Under the pieces are notes generated by a model. The model made no database searches. It was not told where the DNA came from and worked only from the letters and a program-made list of their open reading frames with translations. Both the position numbers and the translations under genes were made by a program. A stretch of DNA of 63,983 nt, the filler included, from Stramenopiles sp. TOSAG23-6 (Eukaryota): assembly GCA_900128565.1 (NCBI GenBank). It is 3 parts of 3 records of this genome, joined end to end, with 100 filler letters (N's around TTAATTAATTAA, not from the genome) between each part and the next. Parts side by side here need not be neighbours in the genome. Positions count along the whole stretch, not along the records: positions 1 to 23,912 come from LT636008.1; positions 24,013 to 47,199 come from LT636009.1; 1 more part is not named here. The stretch is one strand, 5' to 3'. Below are positions 22,085-32,424 of the stretch, piece by piece (the first letter of the stretch is position 1; each line of letters begins with the position of its first letter).

Positions 22085-23836
22085 TCATATCTTAAGATAT
22101 GTCAATAATTCAGTTGGCCACCAAGCACCTCCATTTATATGAGGTAGACTTGGATCATGAACAAGAAAATTTTTTAGTTTGATCGATCCATCAGATGGAT
22201 CGACTTCACCGTCAACTTCTGCAACCGAATCGCCCCACTTGGCATATTCTTTTCGAGTATGCTCTGCCACATCTTCACCAAAAAGTTGTTTCCATCGCAT
22301 CATTGGGAGATTTTTGATCACATTGGAACTTTCAGTCTTTACAAGATCAAATTTTGAAGATTCATTTTCATTATTTGAGGTGTCTATTTCAACTTTCTCA
22401 TCTTGACAAGCATCCTTTGTACTATTTACTATTTGCTTGATTTGATAATTATTCATTTTTTTTTTCAAACGTAATGTATCTAATTGGGCAGGTTCAAGCA
22501 TTTCGGTTGGCCACCAAGCACCTCCATTTATATGAGGTAGACTTGGATCATGAACAAGAAAATTTTTTAGTTTGATCGATCCATCAGATGGATCGACTTC
22601 ACCGTCAACTTCTGCAACCGAATCGCCCCACTTGGCATATTCTTTTCGAGTATGCTCTGCCATATCTTCGCCAAAAAGTGTTTCCCAGCATGATAATTCT
22701 GTATTTAATAAATTTGCAGCCGACTTCGTCTTGACTAGCATTCCATTAAACACACCTCCAAGAAGTAATGGAGTCTCTCTTTGTCGGTGAAGTAAAACCC
22801 GTTTCGTGATTGGATATATATGAGGACTCTTTCGCCCATTTTCTTCATTTTGTATTTGCAAAGTTTCGTTTTGATGTTTAATATTTTCATAACTTTTGTC
22901 AAAATGTAAGGCTTTTAATTCCATCTCTAAAATTCGTTTTTGTTCTTTCGCCTGCGACACATTTCTCTCTTCAAATAAACATAAAATTCTATTTTCCGTC
23001 ATAGGTTTAACAAACGTTTCATCAGTTTCAGGAGTTTCTTCAAATTTTGTTGGTTTTATTTTCAATTCATCATTTTTTACTTTTGCGAGCCTTTCCTCCG
23101 CTGCGTGGATAACATTATCAATTTGCATCATCGCATTGGCTTCCATGGTAGACACTTTTTCTTCTAAAATTTTATATTTTCTATCAAGATCTTTTATATT
23201 TTGTGTAGAACTATCATCATCAACTTTATTATTATTATTTTCGTTCCGAAGATGTTTTATCTGTATTTTTGTTTTATCTTGCATTGGAAATATCCTCGAG
23301 TTTTCAAGATCGTTTTGATTTATTTTCATTTTAAGGTGTTTTAGTTTTACAGACTCTAGTTTTATACTTTCTATTAAAGCTTTTAGTTTTTTTTTCATTG
23401 TAGCATCATCTTGTTCTTGAGATTTCATCCAACTTTGTATAGCAATATGGTTCTGTTTTGCTTTTACTTGCTCTTTTTCATTTTGTTTTTTCAAACGACA
23501 TAGTTCTCCAGCTAATGCTGAAGCTTGCAAAGAAGTTCGAGTTTGATTTATCATAATTGGTGCTGCACACGAAAGCACAGTAAATATTGAGTTCGATGAA
23601 ACTGTATCTAAAGAAAAAATATTTTCAGTCTGCTTATTAGTGTTATTTGTACCAAAAAATAAACTAGTTAAAGAAGGACCACTTAAACGAAATTGCCAAA
23701 CTGACAATGCAATTAATTCAGTCACAGATACTAAAACATATGGAGTTTGATCTTTTGATTTGCACATTTGTAATTTTATAATTACTCGAAGACCCCAATC
23801 AGCGACACGACCAATTTTTAATGTACAGCCTGACAT
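22085..23836 (-). CDS. Mirror copy of the coiled-coil hypothetical protein
   Basis: Identical to 77-1828. Confidence 0.65.
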   Translation of the reverse strand: MSGCTLKIGRVADWGLRVIIKLQMCKSKDQTPYVLVSVTELIALSVWQFRLSGPSLTSLFFGTNNTNKQTENIFSLDTVSSNSIFTVLSCAAPIMINQTRTSLQASALAGELCRLKKQNEKEQVKAKQNHIAIQSWMKSQEQDDATMKKKLKALIESIKLESVKLKHLKMKINQNDLENSRIFPMQDKTKIQIKHLRNENNNNKVDDDSSTQNIKDLDRKYKILEEKVSTMEANAMMQIDNVIHAAEERLAKVKNDELKIKPTKFEETPETDETFVKPMTENRILCLFEERNVSQAKEQKRILEMELKALHFDKSYENIKHQNETLQIQNEENGRKSPHIYPITKRVLLHRQRETPLLLGGVFNGMLVKTKSAANLLNTELSCWETLFGEDMAEHTRKEYAKWGDSVAEVDGEVDPSDGSIKLKNFLVHDPSLPHINGGAWWPTEMLEPAQLDTLRLKKKMNNYQIKQIVNSTKDACQDEKVEIDTSNNENESSKFDLVKTESSNVIKNLPMMRWKQLFGEDVAEHTRKEYAKWGDSVAEVDGEVDPSDGSIKLKNFLVHDPSLPHINGGAWWPTELLTYLKI

Positions 23837-23912
23837 ATTTTGTGTATTTTGTGATGTATTTTGTGTATTTTGTGTATTTTGTGTATTTTGATTTCCCTGC
23901 TGTATATTTGTA

Positions 23913-24012
23913 NNNNNNNNNNNNNNNNNNNNNNNNNNNNNNNNNNNNNNNNNNNNTTAATTAATTAANNNNNNNNNNNNNNNNNNNNNNNNNNNNNNNN
24001 NNNNNNNNNNNN
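23913..24012. other. Artificial contig-joining spacer (44 N + TTAATTAATTAA + 44 N)
   Basis: Six-frame stop linker; same structure as 47200-47299. Confidence 0.97.
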
Positions 24013-24466
24013 TACCAAGGAAAGAACCTGTACAACAAAACACTACAGCCACAGCTGACATGAATACCTTTGCAGTCCAGGTTAAATTTGCTTTTAAGTA
24101 GTCTTCTATCTCGTCAATATCAATCATTCCGTCTCCATCTTTATCCCAAGTGTTTGCTAAGTTCTTGTGGAATTTGTCATCTGCATTGACGTTTCCACCT
24201 CCAAACTTGCCACGTTTCTTCTTGCGCATTCTACCGTGAAGCTCTTTGTGTTTTCGAACAGCTTCTTCATTCATGACAAGCATTCCATTTTCATCATATT
24301 CAACTTCTTCGCCTTCTTCATCAGAGTCATGCATGAAATCGTGAAGCTCGGCCATTTCAATATTCATACCTGGCATCAATTCTTTAAGACTTCCCAAAAA
24401 TGACTGTTTCCTTTTTTGCGGCGACAATTCGGACCCTGAATCTGGTGAAATTTTTACTTCTGACAT
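24013..24466 (-). CDS. EF-hand-containing membrane protein, 3'-truncated by the contig end
   Basis: DKDGDGMIDIDE EF-hand loop followed by the hydrophobic segment VFMSAVAVVFCCTGSFLG. Confidence 0.65.
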
Positions 24467-24766
24467 CACTGTACTTTATATAGAGAGAGGCTACGTATTT
24501 ATGTTTCAAGTTCAGACGCTTATGTAGTTTTTTTTTTAAAGAGATGTCCTTCTGTGAAACGGTTGTTTTTCATGAAACCGTCGAGTAGGAGACCTCGACC
24601 TCGACCTAACTTGATACCTTTAGAGAATTAGAGAATCTTTTTTTGCACACACGATTGGAGATGCTCAACACCAGCGACATGCAAAATACAGGAAGTAAAA
24701 AAAAATGAGCATCTACTTCTATGGATAGTCATAATAGCTAAAACTATGAAAGTGAAAGTTATTTAT

Positions 24767-27235
24767 TCAGAAATGCTTTGCTTTGAGAATATTTGCACCA
24801 TCCCATTCTTTGGGTGGTGGGGAGTTCATAAAAGTTCTGCATCGTTCTTGCAGAATAGTCGCGGCTCTATCCCCAGGTTTTAGAGAAAGAACATCGTCAA
24901 ATCTTTGCACGGCCTCTTTGAATCTGCGTTCAAAATAAAGCTTCATTGCGTCATCATGTGTCTCGCATATTAAAGTCTTCCTTTTTGGAGCTCGATTACG
25001 TGCTGAAAATACGTCATACACTTTAACACCAACTGATTTGCCTTTTACTGTAACACAATCAATATTTCTCAATAAAAATGTATTTTTTACGGTTGGTTCA
25101 TTAGAAGTTTGTTCACTACAAATTATGGTAGTTTTATAAAGTCCATTTAGCTCTCCAACACGAGAAGCGAGATTAACACCATCCCCTAATACTGAATATT
25201 TCATTCTTGCGTGTGCTCCAGTATTTCCTACAAACACGTTTGCAGTATTAATGCCGGCGTTCATATTGAAATCTGGGAATTGTGTTGTTGACATTTTTCG
25301 ACATAATTCTGAATTCATGAAGCGATACACACGAGAAGCTGCGTCAATACACCACCTCGCATGATTCTCTTTCAATGATGGTGCGTTCCAAATAGCCAAG
25401 ACCATATCCCCAATAAAATCAAGAAGAGTACCGTCACAGGCTCCAACAGACTCTGAAACTGCGTCAAAATAAAAAGAGAGAATGCTTAACAATTGTTGTG
25501 GGCCCTCTGTTTTGCAAAGGTGCTCAAATTCTGTGATGTGTGAAAAAAGGATAGAAACCTCTCTCATTTTGACGTATAAACTCGCGACTTCTCCACTGTT
25601 CAGCATATTCTGAACAATTTTTCGTGGGGCATATTTGACAAAGCCACATAAACCAACTTTCATCTTCAAATATGCTGCCTGACATTGTTTTACTTCATAT
25701 ACGGAAGACGGGGCAAGCTTTCGCTTGGTGAATGTAAGTTTTGATATTTGTGCCATTTCAAGACATAGTTCCTGGATTGGTTTCATAATGTGGTTTCCAA
25801 GGCGTGCCGATTCGGCATTGAAGGATATCATACCAAGAACGAGAAGGGCCACAATAAGCGATGTTTGATAAATTGATTCATAACTTTCTGCATCCCGGAG
25901 CCACTTTCTATCAAGAATCATACAAAATGATAATTTCTCGCATGATTGTTCTTCAAATTGCTCCGAAATAGTAAACTTTTCCACCTCATTGTTCCTCAAC
26001 TTTTTTATTCTATCCCATTTTGGTATCACTTCCAATGAATTCACCGTAGTCACGTATGTCACATTAAAATAGCGAAGGTAAAGAATGTTTCCCTCGCCAA
26101 AAGTTTTATTACAATCGTCTTCGTAGCATGAATAGATTTCCGTGAACTTTCTAAGGGTTTGATCAACCAAGCTCGGAGATGTACAAGAGCGACCAAGGAC
26201 TTGCTTTGCTGTTTTCACATCACTCATTTCGCTCAAGCATTCATAAGCAGACTTCCCACAATTATACTCATCAGCATTACTACACGGCTTAATAAGATTC
26301 TGACAATCAGTATTTTCATGCAATTTCATATAAGAGGAATATTCATTTGGTATTAAAGAGTGACTCTCTTCGAGACCAAATGTGGCATCACAGGATTTAT
26401 ACTTCGAATTCTGCTCAAATAATGTAAGTAAGTTGCCTTTTAATATTTGTAAGCCGTCATAGTATGTCAGATCTTCAGGTGTATTATTTGTGAACGATTG
26501 TGAAAGAAGCATTAGTAGTAACCCTACGATAACCTTTGCCGTGGTATACTCTGAAAGCCGGTCAATTACGTCATTTGCACTGATTTCGCCATTCTTGCAT
26601 TCTTCGTCCTTTTCGCCTCCCCCGGTATTTTTTTTAGTTATTTTAACAAGTCTGGTCAATCTAGTTAGCCTCAATAGACGAATAACCCTTATAATTCTAG
26701 CTGCCCGTGTACCAGCACGCGAAGCTCTACCAGTTCGTGCAGCAGCAAATGAGTTTCCCAGTATTCCCTCAACTACGAATGGGATATCACCAAGTAACGA
26801 CAGGGCAGCGACGATATCAAGCCAAAAATAGTAACCCCAAATGTATTTTGGCTTCCACATGGAGAAAATTGCACACTCTGCGAAGAAAATGAGCATCACT
26901 GAAAAAGTGAACCAGCCAAACACGATGTCTCCTTCCGGTCCTGAGTGAAGTTGGTTTATATCAGAGCCATACAGTGCAAACAGAGTGAGTGCCATCATAA
27001 ATGCCTCGCCTGTATTACTTGTAAGCAATCCAAGAATATTATATCGATTACAATATGGTGATTTTGTTTTACTTTCGTAACAGTCTGGGTATTCTTCTTT
27101 TACAAAAACTACGTGTCCAAAATGATTATGCTTCTGTAAATATTCTGCATCTGCAACTTTTGCTTCTTCAAAGCTAATTAGTTTCTGGGGATAAACTCGG
27201 TTCATATTATTCACACAAGAGAATTCATTTTGCAC
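24767..27235 (-). CDS. Ion-channel (voltage-sensor)-fused class III adenylyl cyclase-like protein with C-terminal TPR-like region; intronless; start uncertain
   Basis: S1-S4 with RAGTRAARIIRVIRLLRLTRL; cyclase motifs FIGD and YSVLGDGVNLASR; C-terminal PPPKEWDG. Confidence 0.88.
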   Translation of the reverse strand: MQNEFSCVNNMNRVYPQKLISFEEAKVADAEYLQKHNHFGHVVFVKEEYPDCYESKTKSPYCNRYNILGLLTSNTGEAFMMALTLFALYGSDINQLHSGPEGDIVFGWFTFSVMLIFFAECAIFSMWKPKYIWGYYFWLDIVAALSLLGDIPFVVEGILGNSFAAARTGRASRAGTRAARIIRVIRLLRLTRLTRLVKITKKNTGGGEKDEECKNGEISANDVIDRLSEYTTAKVIVGLLLMLLSQSFTNNTPEDLTYYDGLQILKGNLLTLFEQNSKYKSCDATFGLEESHSLIPNEYSSYMKLHENTDCQNLIKPCSNADEYNCGKSAYECLSEMSDVKTAKQVLGRSCTSPSLVDQTLRKFTEIYSCYEDDCNKTFGEGNILYLRYFNVTYVTTVNSLEVIPKWDRIKKLRNNEVEKFTISEQFEEQSCEKLSFCMILDRKWLRDAESYESIYQTSLIVALLVLGMISFNAESARLGNHIMKPIQELCLEMAQISKLTFTKRKLAPSSVYEVKQCQAAYLKMKVGLCGFVKYAPRKIVQNMLNSGEVASLYVKMREVSILFSHITEFEHLCKTEGPQQLLSILSFYFDAVSESVGACDGTLLDFIGDMVLAIWNAPSLKENHARWCIDAASRVYRFMNSELCRKMSTTQFPDFNMNAGINTANVFVGNTGAHARMKYSVLGDGVNLASRVGELNGLYKTTIICSEQTSNEPTVKNTFLLRNIDCVTVKGKSVGVKVYDVFSARNRAPKRKTLICETHDDAMKLYFERRFKEAVQRFDDVLSLKPGDRAATILQERCRTFMNSPPPKEWDGANILKAKHF

Positions 27236-27594
27236 ATTCTATATATATTCAATGCATTACTTGCGTCGAGTGAAATTTCTTATTGTATTACAAAGCTACT
27301 TATTATGGTATATATATGCAAACAGTAGAGAGTTGTTCGATATATATATATCATAATTAATGTCCTATCTTTCTCCGATTTTTGATGCCTCGGATTTCGA
27401 TTTGATATTTCGTTCGTTCGGTCGGACTCGGCATTCGATTTTCGACTCTCCTTTTGCTCCTACAACTGACAAACACAATATCAAAATAATCTCATTAGTA
27501 TAGGCATCTGTATAATTTTCTAATTTCTCTTGGGCATTGAACCGAATATTTCCCACCATACCTTTATATCAAGGTGGACATACTACTATAGATA

Positions 27595-28496
27595 ATGAAC
27601 AATAGTTTTGAGGATATTTGCCCTAATATCTTCAGCTTTAGCAACCATGCCTTAGCTCATATGTCACCGTCAAAGACTGAAGCCCTTGCATTCCCGTTTC
27701 TCGAGTCACCGATTCTAAACGACGAAAATGCACAATCATCTTTTCCTTCCGAATACAACATGGAAATTATGATGGATCTTTCAAACAGTAATCCCTTTGG
27801 GGGTTCAGAAATAAGTGGAAATTGTGATAATAGTTTAAGCAGTCGTAATTTTGCACACTATCACCGAAACGTATTCCCTAGTGATACAGATACTAAAAAC
27901 TGTAAAAAGTCCCAAAATAGCTCTGTAAGTAATAGGGAAATAGAATCCATACAAAATAATCAAAATTGCCATAATATATTCCAAAATAACCTCCAGCAAA
28001 GCACACTCCCAAAGTACGACGGATTAAATCCCAAAAAAAACATCAAAAACAGCCTACTACAAAACGAAATTCTAAGAGATCAAATATTTCACTACCACGA
28101 ATAAAACGACACAGTTTAAGTTCACAAAAAATTAAACTTGACGGGTTGGATAGTCCATCGCAGTTCGCGAAACGAATTCGAAGTGTTAATAATATGCTTA
28201 AAACAAAACTAAAACAGAACGTTTCTAATAATTACACACATAATAATAAAGTAAAGGCGCAGCATTTGGTCAATTCGAAAATGAAGCAAATTCAAACTTC
28301 GCCCCTGAACCCTAATCCCAGAGAGATAGTGAGAACCCCCACGTATTTTCCATTCCGTAACAATAATTATAATTTTGTACCTAATAGATCCACCGTGCGA
28401 TCTCTTCAAACAACAATGGCAAACACAGAAACACAACAAAGAAATGAAAAAGAAATTTCGAAACCTAATTATGAAAATTTCGATTTTTCTTTTTAA
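27595..28496 (+). CDS. Low-complexity Asn/Ser-rich hypothetical protein, probably one gene split by an A8 homopolymer frameshift (28033-28040)
   Basis: The frame of ORF 28146-28496 extends back open to the A8 run. Confidence 0.5.
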
Positions 28497-28864
28497 AATG
28501 TAGACAATATCTAAATGATACAATAAATAAATAATCATCATACTTCATACAAGATATGCTTTGTTGTAGTTATATTTGGTTTTAATCTAAAATACTTGAT
28601 ATGATTTTAATAATAATCAATCCATGTTTGATACTAAAAAAACTATTAACATCCATCAACAATGTCAAAAGGTTCAGTTTTTGTATAAAATCAAGTTTGA
28701 TATCAAAAATATTTTTTTTACAAGTTTACATACATTTTTTATAGTATAGTATAGTATAGTATCAGTTCTCTGTGTACACCACCCTAACCTAAATCCGTAC
28801 CAAATTTTGTACCATAAGGTAAAAAACCTTGTTCAATTACTTAACTTAAATAAAAATATAACTT

Positions 28865-29716
28865 TTAGATTTCATTGTAGTCTATTTGAGATATTTGAGA
28901 ACCATAATCTCCTTGCATTGAATCAATTTCATCCTGAGTGAGATCTCCTGGTAAGCCTTCATCTCTAGACACTGTGTATCCATTATTGTTACATTTCCTC
29001 ATTACTAAAGTATACGTGTAAATCACCCCATCTTGCACAAGAGAAGGAAACTCCAACCAAAAATCACGATTTGGTATTGCCTCGGCACTAAAGGGGGATA
29101 TTCCAAAATAATAATAGTTGCCACAGACACCAACAACTAAATAAACACAAATTGTAACTAAAACTGTCAGGAGGAATATTGAAAATATTCCCATTCCTTC
29201 TTTTTCAGTGGCGCAAGCGGCAGAAGTACGAATTTTCATTGTATAGCTTGGGCATGGATCATTGGTCTTGTATGTGTTGCCAGTGTTTGGTACAGCTGCA
29301 GACTCATCACAGATGAAATTTATTGTGAGAGCAGTCGGACTTTCAGCACACGGAGCTCCATTTTGTACCTCTGCTGTTATGCCAGTTTCACCACCAATAT
29401 CACGAACACGCCATTGAAGATCCTTCCATTCTCCGAGTACCTGAACGCACTGACCTGGCGGAGCATCTGCTAGTGCAAATCCACTTGATGGTGATGGTGA
29501 ATCTGCGTCAGGACAAGATACATCTCCACAAACTTTTAACCTGTACGAAAAGTCATCTCCAACGCTACCAGCAAGGTGAATTATATGATCAGATATCGGG
29601 GTTAAGTCATAAAACTTTCCATCAACCTCTGCGGAACATGGAGATAGTGATGATCCCAGGTGACTCGTTTCGCCAGTTACAAAAGTGAAAATGCATAGGG
29701 CGATGAAAAGACGCAT
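28865..29716 (-). CDS. Cation-dependent mannose-6-phosphate receptor / ATG27-like type-I membrane protein
   Basis: Signal peptide, MRH domain (YDLTP...CG...INFICD...IRTSAAC), TM segment, then IPNRDFWLEFPSLVQDG. Confidence 0.85.
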   Translation of the reverse strand: MRLFIALCIFTFVTGETSHLGSSLSPCSAEVDGKFYDLTPISDHIIHLAGSVGDDFSYRLKVCGDVSCPDADSPSPSSGFALADAPPGQCVQVLGEWKDLQWRVRDIGGETGITAEVQNGAPCAESPTALTINFICDESAAVPNTGNTYKTNDPCPSYTMKIRTSAACATEKEGMGIFSIFLLTVLVTICVYLVVGVCGNYYYFGISPFSAEAIPNRDFWLEFPSLVQDGVIYTYTLVMRKCNNNGYTVSRDEGLPGDLTQDEIDSMQGDYGSQISQIDYNEI

Positions 29717-29952
29717 TTGAAATATTCCACACAGAATAATTCGAAGAGGATCTGATAAATATTATAGATCGAATCTTTGTTTTCCTTCGATCAGTCGATG
29801 TCAAATCAAATTGATGGCGATGGCTGTCATATTTTTTATACAATTCATTCAGAATTTCAGATCAGACATGAGAAGAAGAGAAACTATTCAGAATTATTGT
29901 TTTCTCATGTACATTCAAATATAGAAAAGTAATCCTGCAATACATCATAGCT

Positions 29953-31354
29953 ATGAAATCCGACTGTGTTTCAGATAGTGAAACTATGTGGAATAGTTTT
30001 GACGAGTTCGACTGTGTTGGAGCTTGTTTTTCAACTGAAATGTATGAAAATAAGCTTCGCGAAGAAGGAGAACGAGCGGCTGCTATAGACGCACAAAAAG
30101 CCCCAGAATGTTCAATATGCTTTGATGTACCAAAAGAAAAATGGGGATCTCTAGATTCGTGTGCGCATGATTTTTGTTATGACTGTATTATTCTCTGGTC
30201 AGAACGCCAAAACACTTGTCCCATATGTAAACTGAAATTTCATTTCATTAGAAAAACAGATAATCCACCAAGTCAGTCAAAAAAGCAGAACCCAAAGATT
30301 TACAAAAGGAGCATTCAGACTAAAAGTACAGCAATTACAAGGACTCCTTTACGCGATAATAATAATTGTTCCACTCGAGTCAAAAATAAAAATCAGCACA
30401 ATTCACCATCATATAACTTCAGTAGGAGGAGGGAACGTTTTCATCATGAATTTGATTTTTTTATAACAAAATCCTCCTAGAAAGTTTCGTATCTAATAAA
30501 TTTCGAACTTGGCATATTTTTTTATAACACATTCAAGCGATCCACGGCAATTGTCTCCTCTCCTTGCGGACGCTTTACATCGGTCAAGGAATCGCTCTCG
30601 TAATATTGCATCTTATATGTATCAAACACTCCATTCTGAAACTGTAGGTCGTCAGCGCACTACTAGGCGACATACCAGGGGACAAGCATTAGTTTCATCA
30701 GTAGGACTCCAAAATCATTCACAATTTGTATATACTTCAAATACCGTTAGAAATAATAATGAAAGTCATAGGAATAGAAATTCATCCATTTCAAATACCA
30801 TCAGAAATAATAATGAAAGTCATAGGAATAGAAATTCATCCATTTCAAATACAAGTCAAACAAATGAAATAGTAACTAATATAAACGGTGTCGGTATATC
30901 TGAAGAAGTTGCGCTACAGAGAGCTTTGGCAGCTAGTTTAAGTACAGCTTCAAATCAACATTTCACAAATGTAACAAACAAAGAAATTATAGATGTAATG
31001 AGTCCTGATTTAGTGCGTTGCAATAGTAACACTAACCCTAATCAAACAAATCGAAATTGTTTTGGTAGGAATTTTGATACAGATTCAATTTCGAAACAAC
31101 AAAAACATTCTTCAGAATGTGCTAATGATACAAGAGGGAAATGGTTACGTAATCCACGTTCTAACCTTAACCCTAATTCTGTACCAAATCCATTACCTGA
31201 TATTGACAGATCTTGTCAAAAAAATAGGGTAGGGTTGTCAAGTTCTGACTCCGATAGCACCGTCATCTCTTTTAGTAGTAGTAGTGCTTTAAGTAATGAT
31301 GAAAATGATGCAGACTTAATGACAAGATTAGCCCGGAAATCGTTGAAGAAGTAG
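29953..31354 (+). CDS. RING-finger (C3HC4) E3 ligase-like protein with UIM motif; one intron
   Basis: CSIC...CAHDFCYDCI..W...NTCPICK; SEEVALQRALAASL. The two ORFs are joined by a family intron. Confidence 0.8.
30433..30532 (+). other. Diverged family intron with apparent GA...AT ends (100 nt)
   Basis: AGG|GAACGTTTTCATC...TTTCGTATCTAAT...TATTTTTTTATAACACAT|TCA AGC joins the two ORFs in frame. Confidence 0.6.
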
Positions 31355-31478
31355 TACAAATGTAGTACAAATGTCTCTAGCTCTACATGATTAATTTCAA
31401 AAGTTATTCATTTTTTGTACCACAAAAAATAAAGAAATTACACAATTTTCATCATCTATATTTATTTAATGTTAAATT

Positions 31479-32060
31479 TTAATCACCCTTTGGAGGAACC
31501 CATGAGGATAGTGTGTCCTTCATTGAGATCTGTTTTTCTGCTAAATGTTTGTTATAGTCACCACGTGCAACATTCTTACTAGTATTTGTTGCACCGGAGT
31601 CATCGACAGCCATAGGATCATTACCGGAATTTACATCAGATTCTGGTTTCTTATATAGGCTATTAGAAGGTAGATGCTTGACACGCATAGAATGACGAGG
31701 TTTCATTTGCTGTTTCGGGTCAGGTAAAGGTATAAACATCAATTGGTCACCACTATTTTTAGGAATTGCTATGGGTAAAGGTTGGCGATTCAAGTTCCAT
31801 GCAGCTTCTTTCATACGTTGAACACTGGGAAGCCGTTTATATCTATGCAAAGTACCAGTCTTTATGGCTCTTGAAATATCTGTGGAATCAATCTGGTCTT
31901 TTCCGGCATGAACGCAAAATTTGGAGGCTGTCTTAATCACAGAGTGAGACTCGCGGTGCATAAACTCAAGTAATTGATTCATAACACGGGGTTCATAGGC
32001 TGTTACACCCATGGAACTTAAAACCTGCTTTACTTGAGTGCATTCTTTCGGTGCTGGCAT
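31479..32060 (-). CDS. TAF9: Transcription initiation factor TFIID subunit 9
   Basis: PKE...QVLSSMGVTAYEPRVMNQLLEFMHR; LNRQPLP. Confidence 0.9.
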   Translation of the reverse strand: MPAPKECTQVKQVLSSMGVTAYEPRVMNQLLEFMHRESHSVIKTASKFCVHAGKDQIDSTDISRAIKTGTLHRYKRLPSVQRMKEAAWNLNRQPLPIAIPKNSGDQLMFIPLPDPKQQMKPRHSMRVKHLPSNSLYKKPESDVNSGNDPMAVDDSGATNTSKNVARGDYNKHLAEKQISMKDTLSSWVPPKGD

Positions 32061-32424
32061 ACTATTTTGATATTAGATGTACTTTGCGATGGTAACACAA
32101 ATTGGGCAGCTTTTCTGATACAAATGTGCGCAGTACAATAATTCTTTGTTTAGGGACAAAAAATAACAACTCGTTATAAATCGAAATATTTTGTGATGGA
32201 TGTCGTCGTCGAGACTCGAGAGTCGAGACTGAGTCAAGTCGCGATATCAAAACACGAAATCCAAAAGAAACAAACAACCGTTAGCTAATCAAAAAAACGG
32301 ACAAAAAAAACAAAAGAAAAGAAAAGGAAGCCTACAATAGACAATACTACTCGTATATCTTAATAAAAAAAATCAAAAGAAGGTTAATTTGATTATTTTT
32401 TTTTGAGTAACGTGTCTCAATAAC

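Larger units (their letters stand above)
1..23912. repeat. Perfect 11,956-bp inverted duplication with no spacer (centre 11956/11957); probable assembly/MDA fold-back artefact
   Basis: Every ORF is mirrored at 23913-p. Even the ambiguous base n at 4498 is mirrored at 19415. Confidence 0.95.

Noticed and set aside
11957-23912. Genuine duplicated gene cluster
   Set aside because: The arms are base-for-base identical including an N, have no spacer, and the centre truncates a gene; treated as an artefact.
23913-24012. TTAATTAATTAA as a biological motif, and gene adjacency across the gaps
   Set aside because: It is a standard six-frame-stop linker in identical 100-nt spacers; neighbouring contigs need not be linked.
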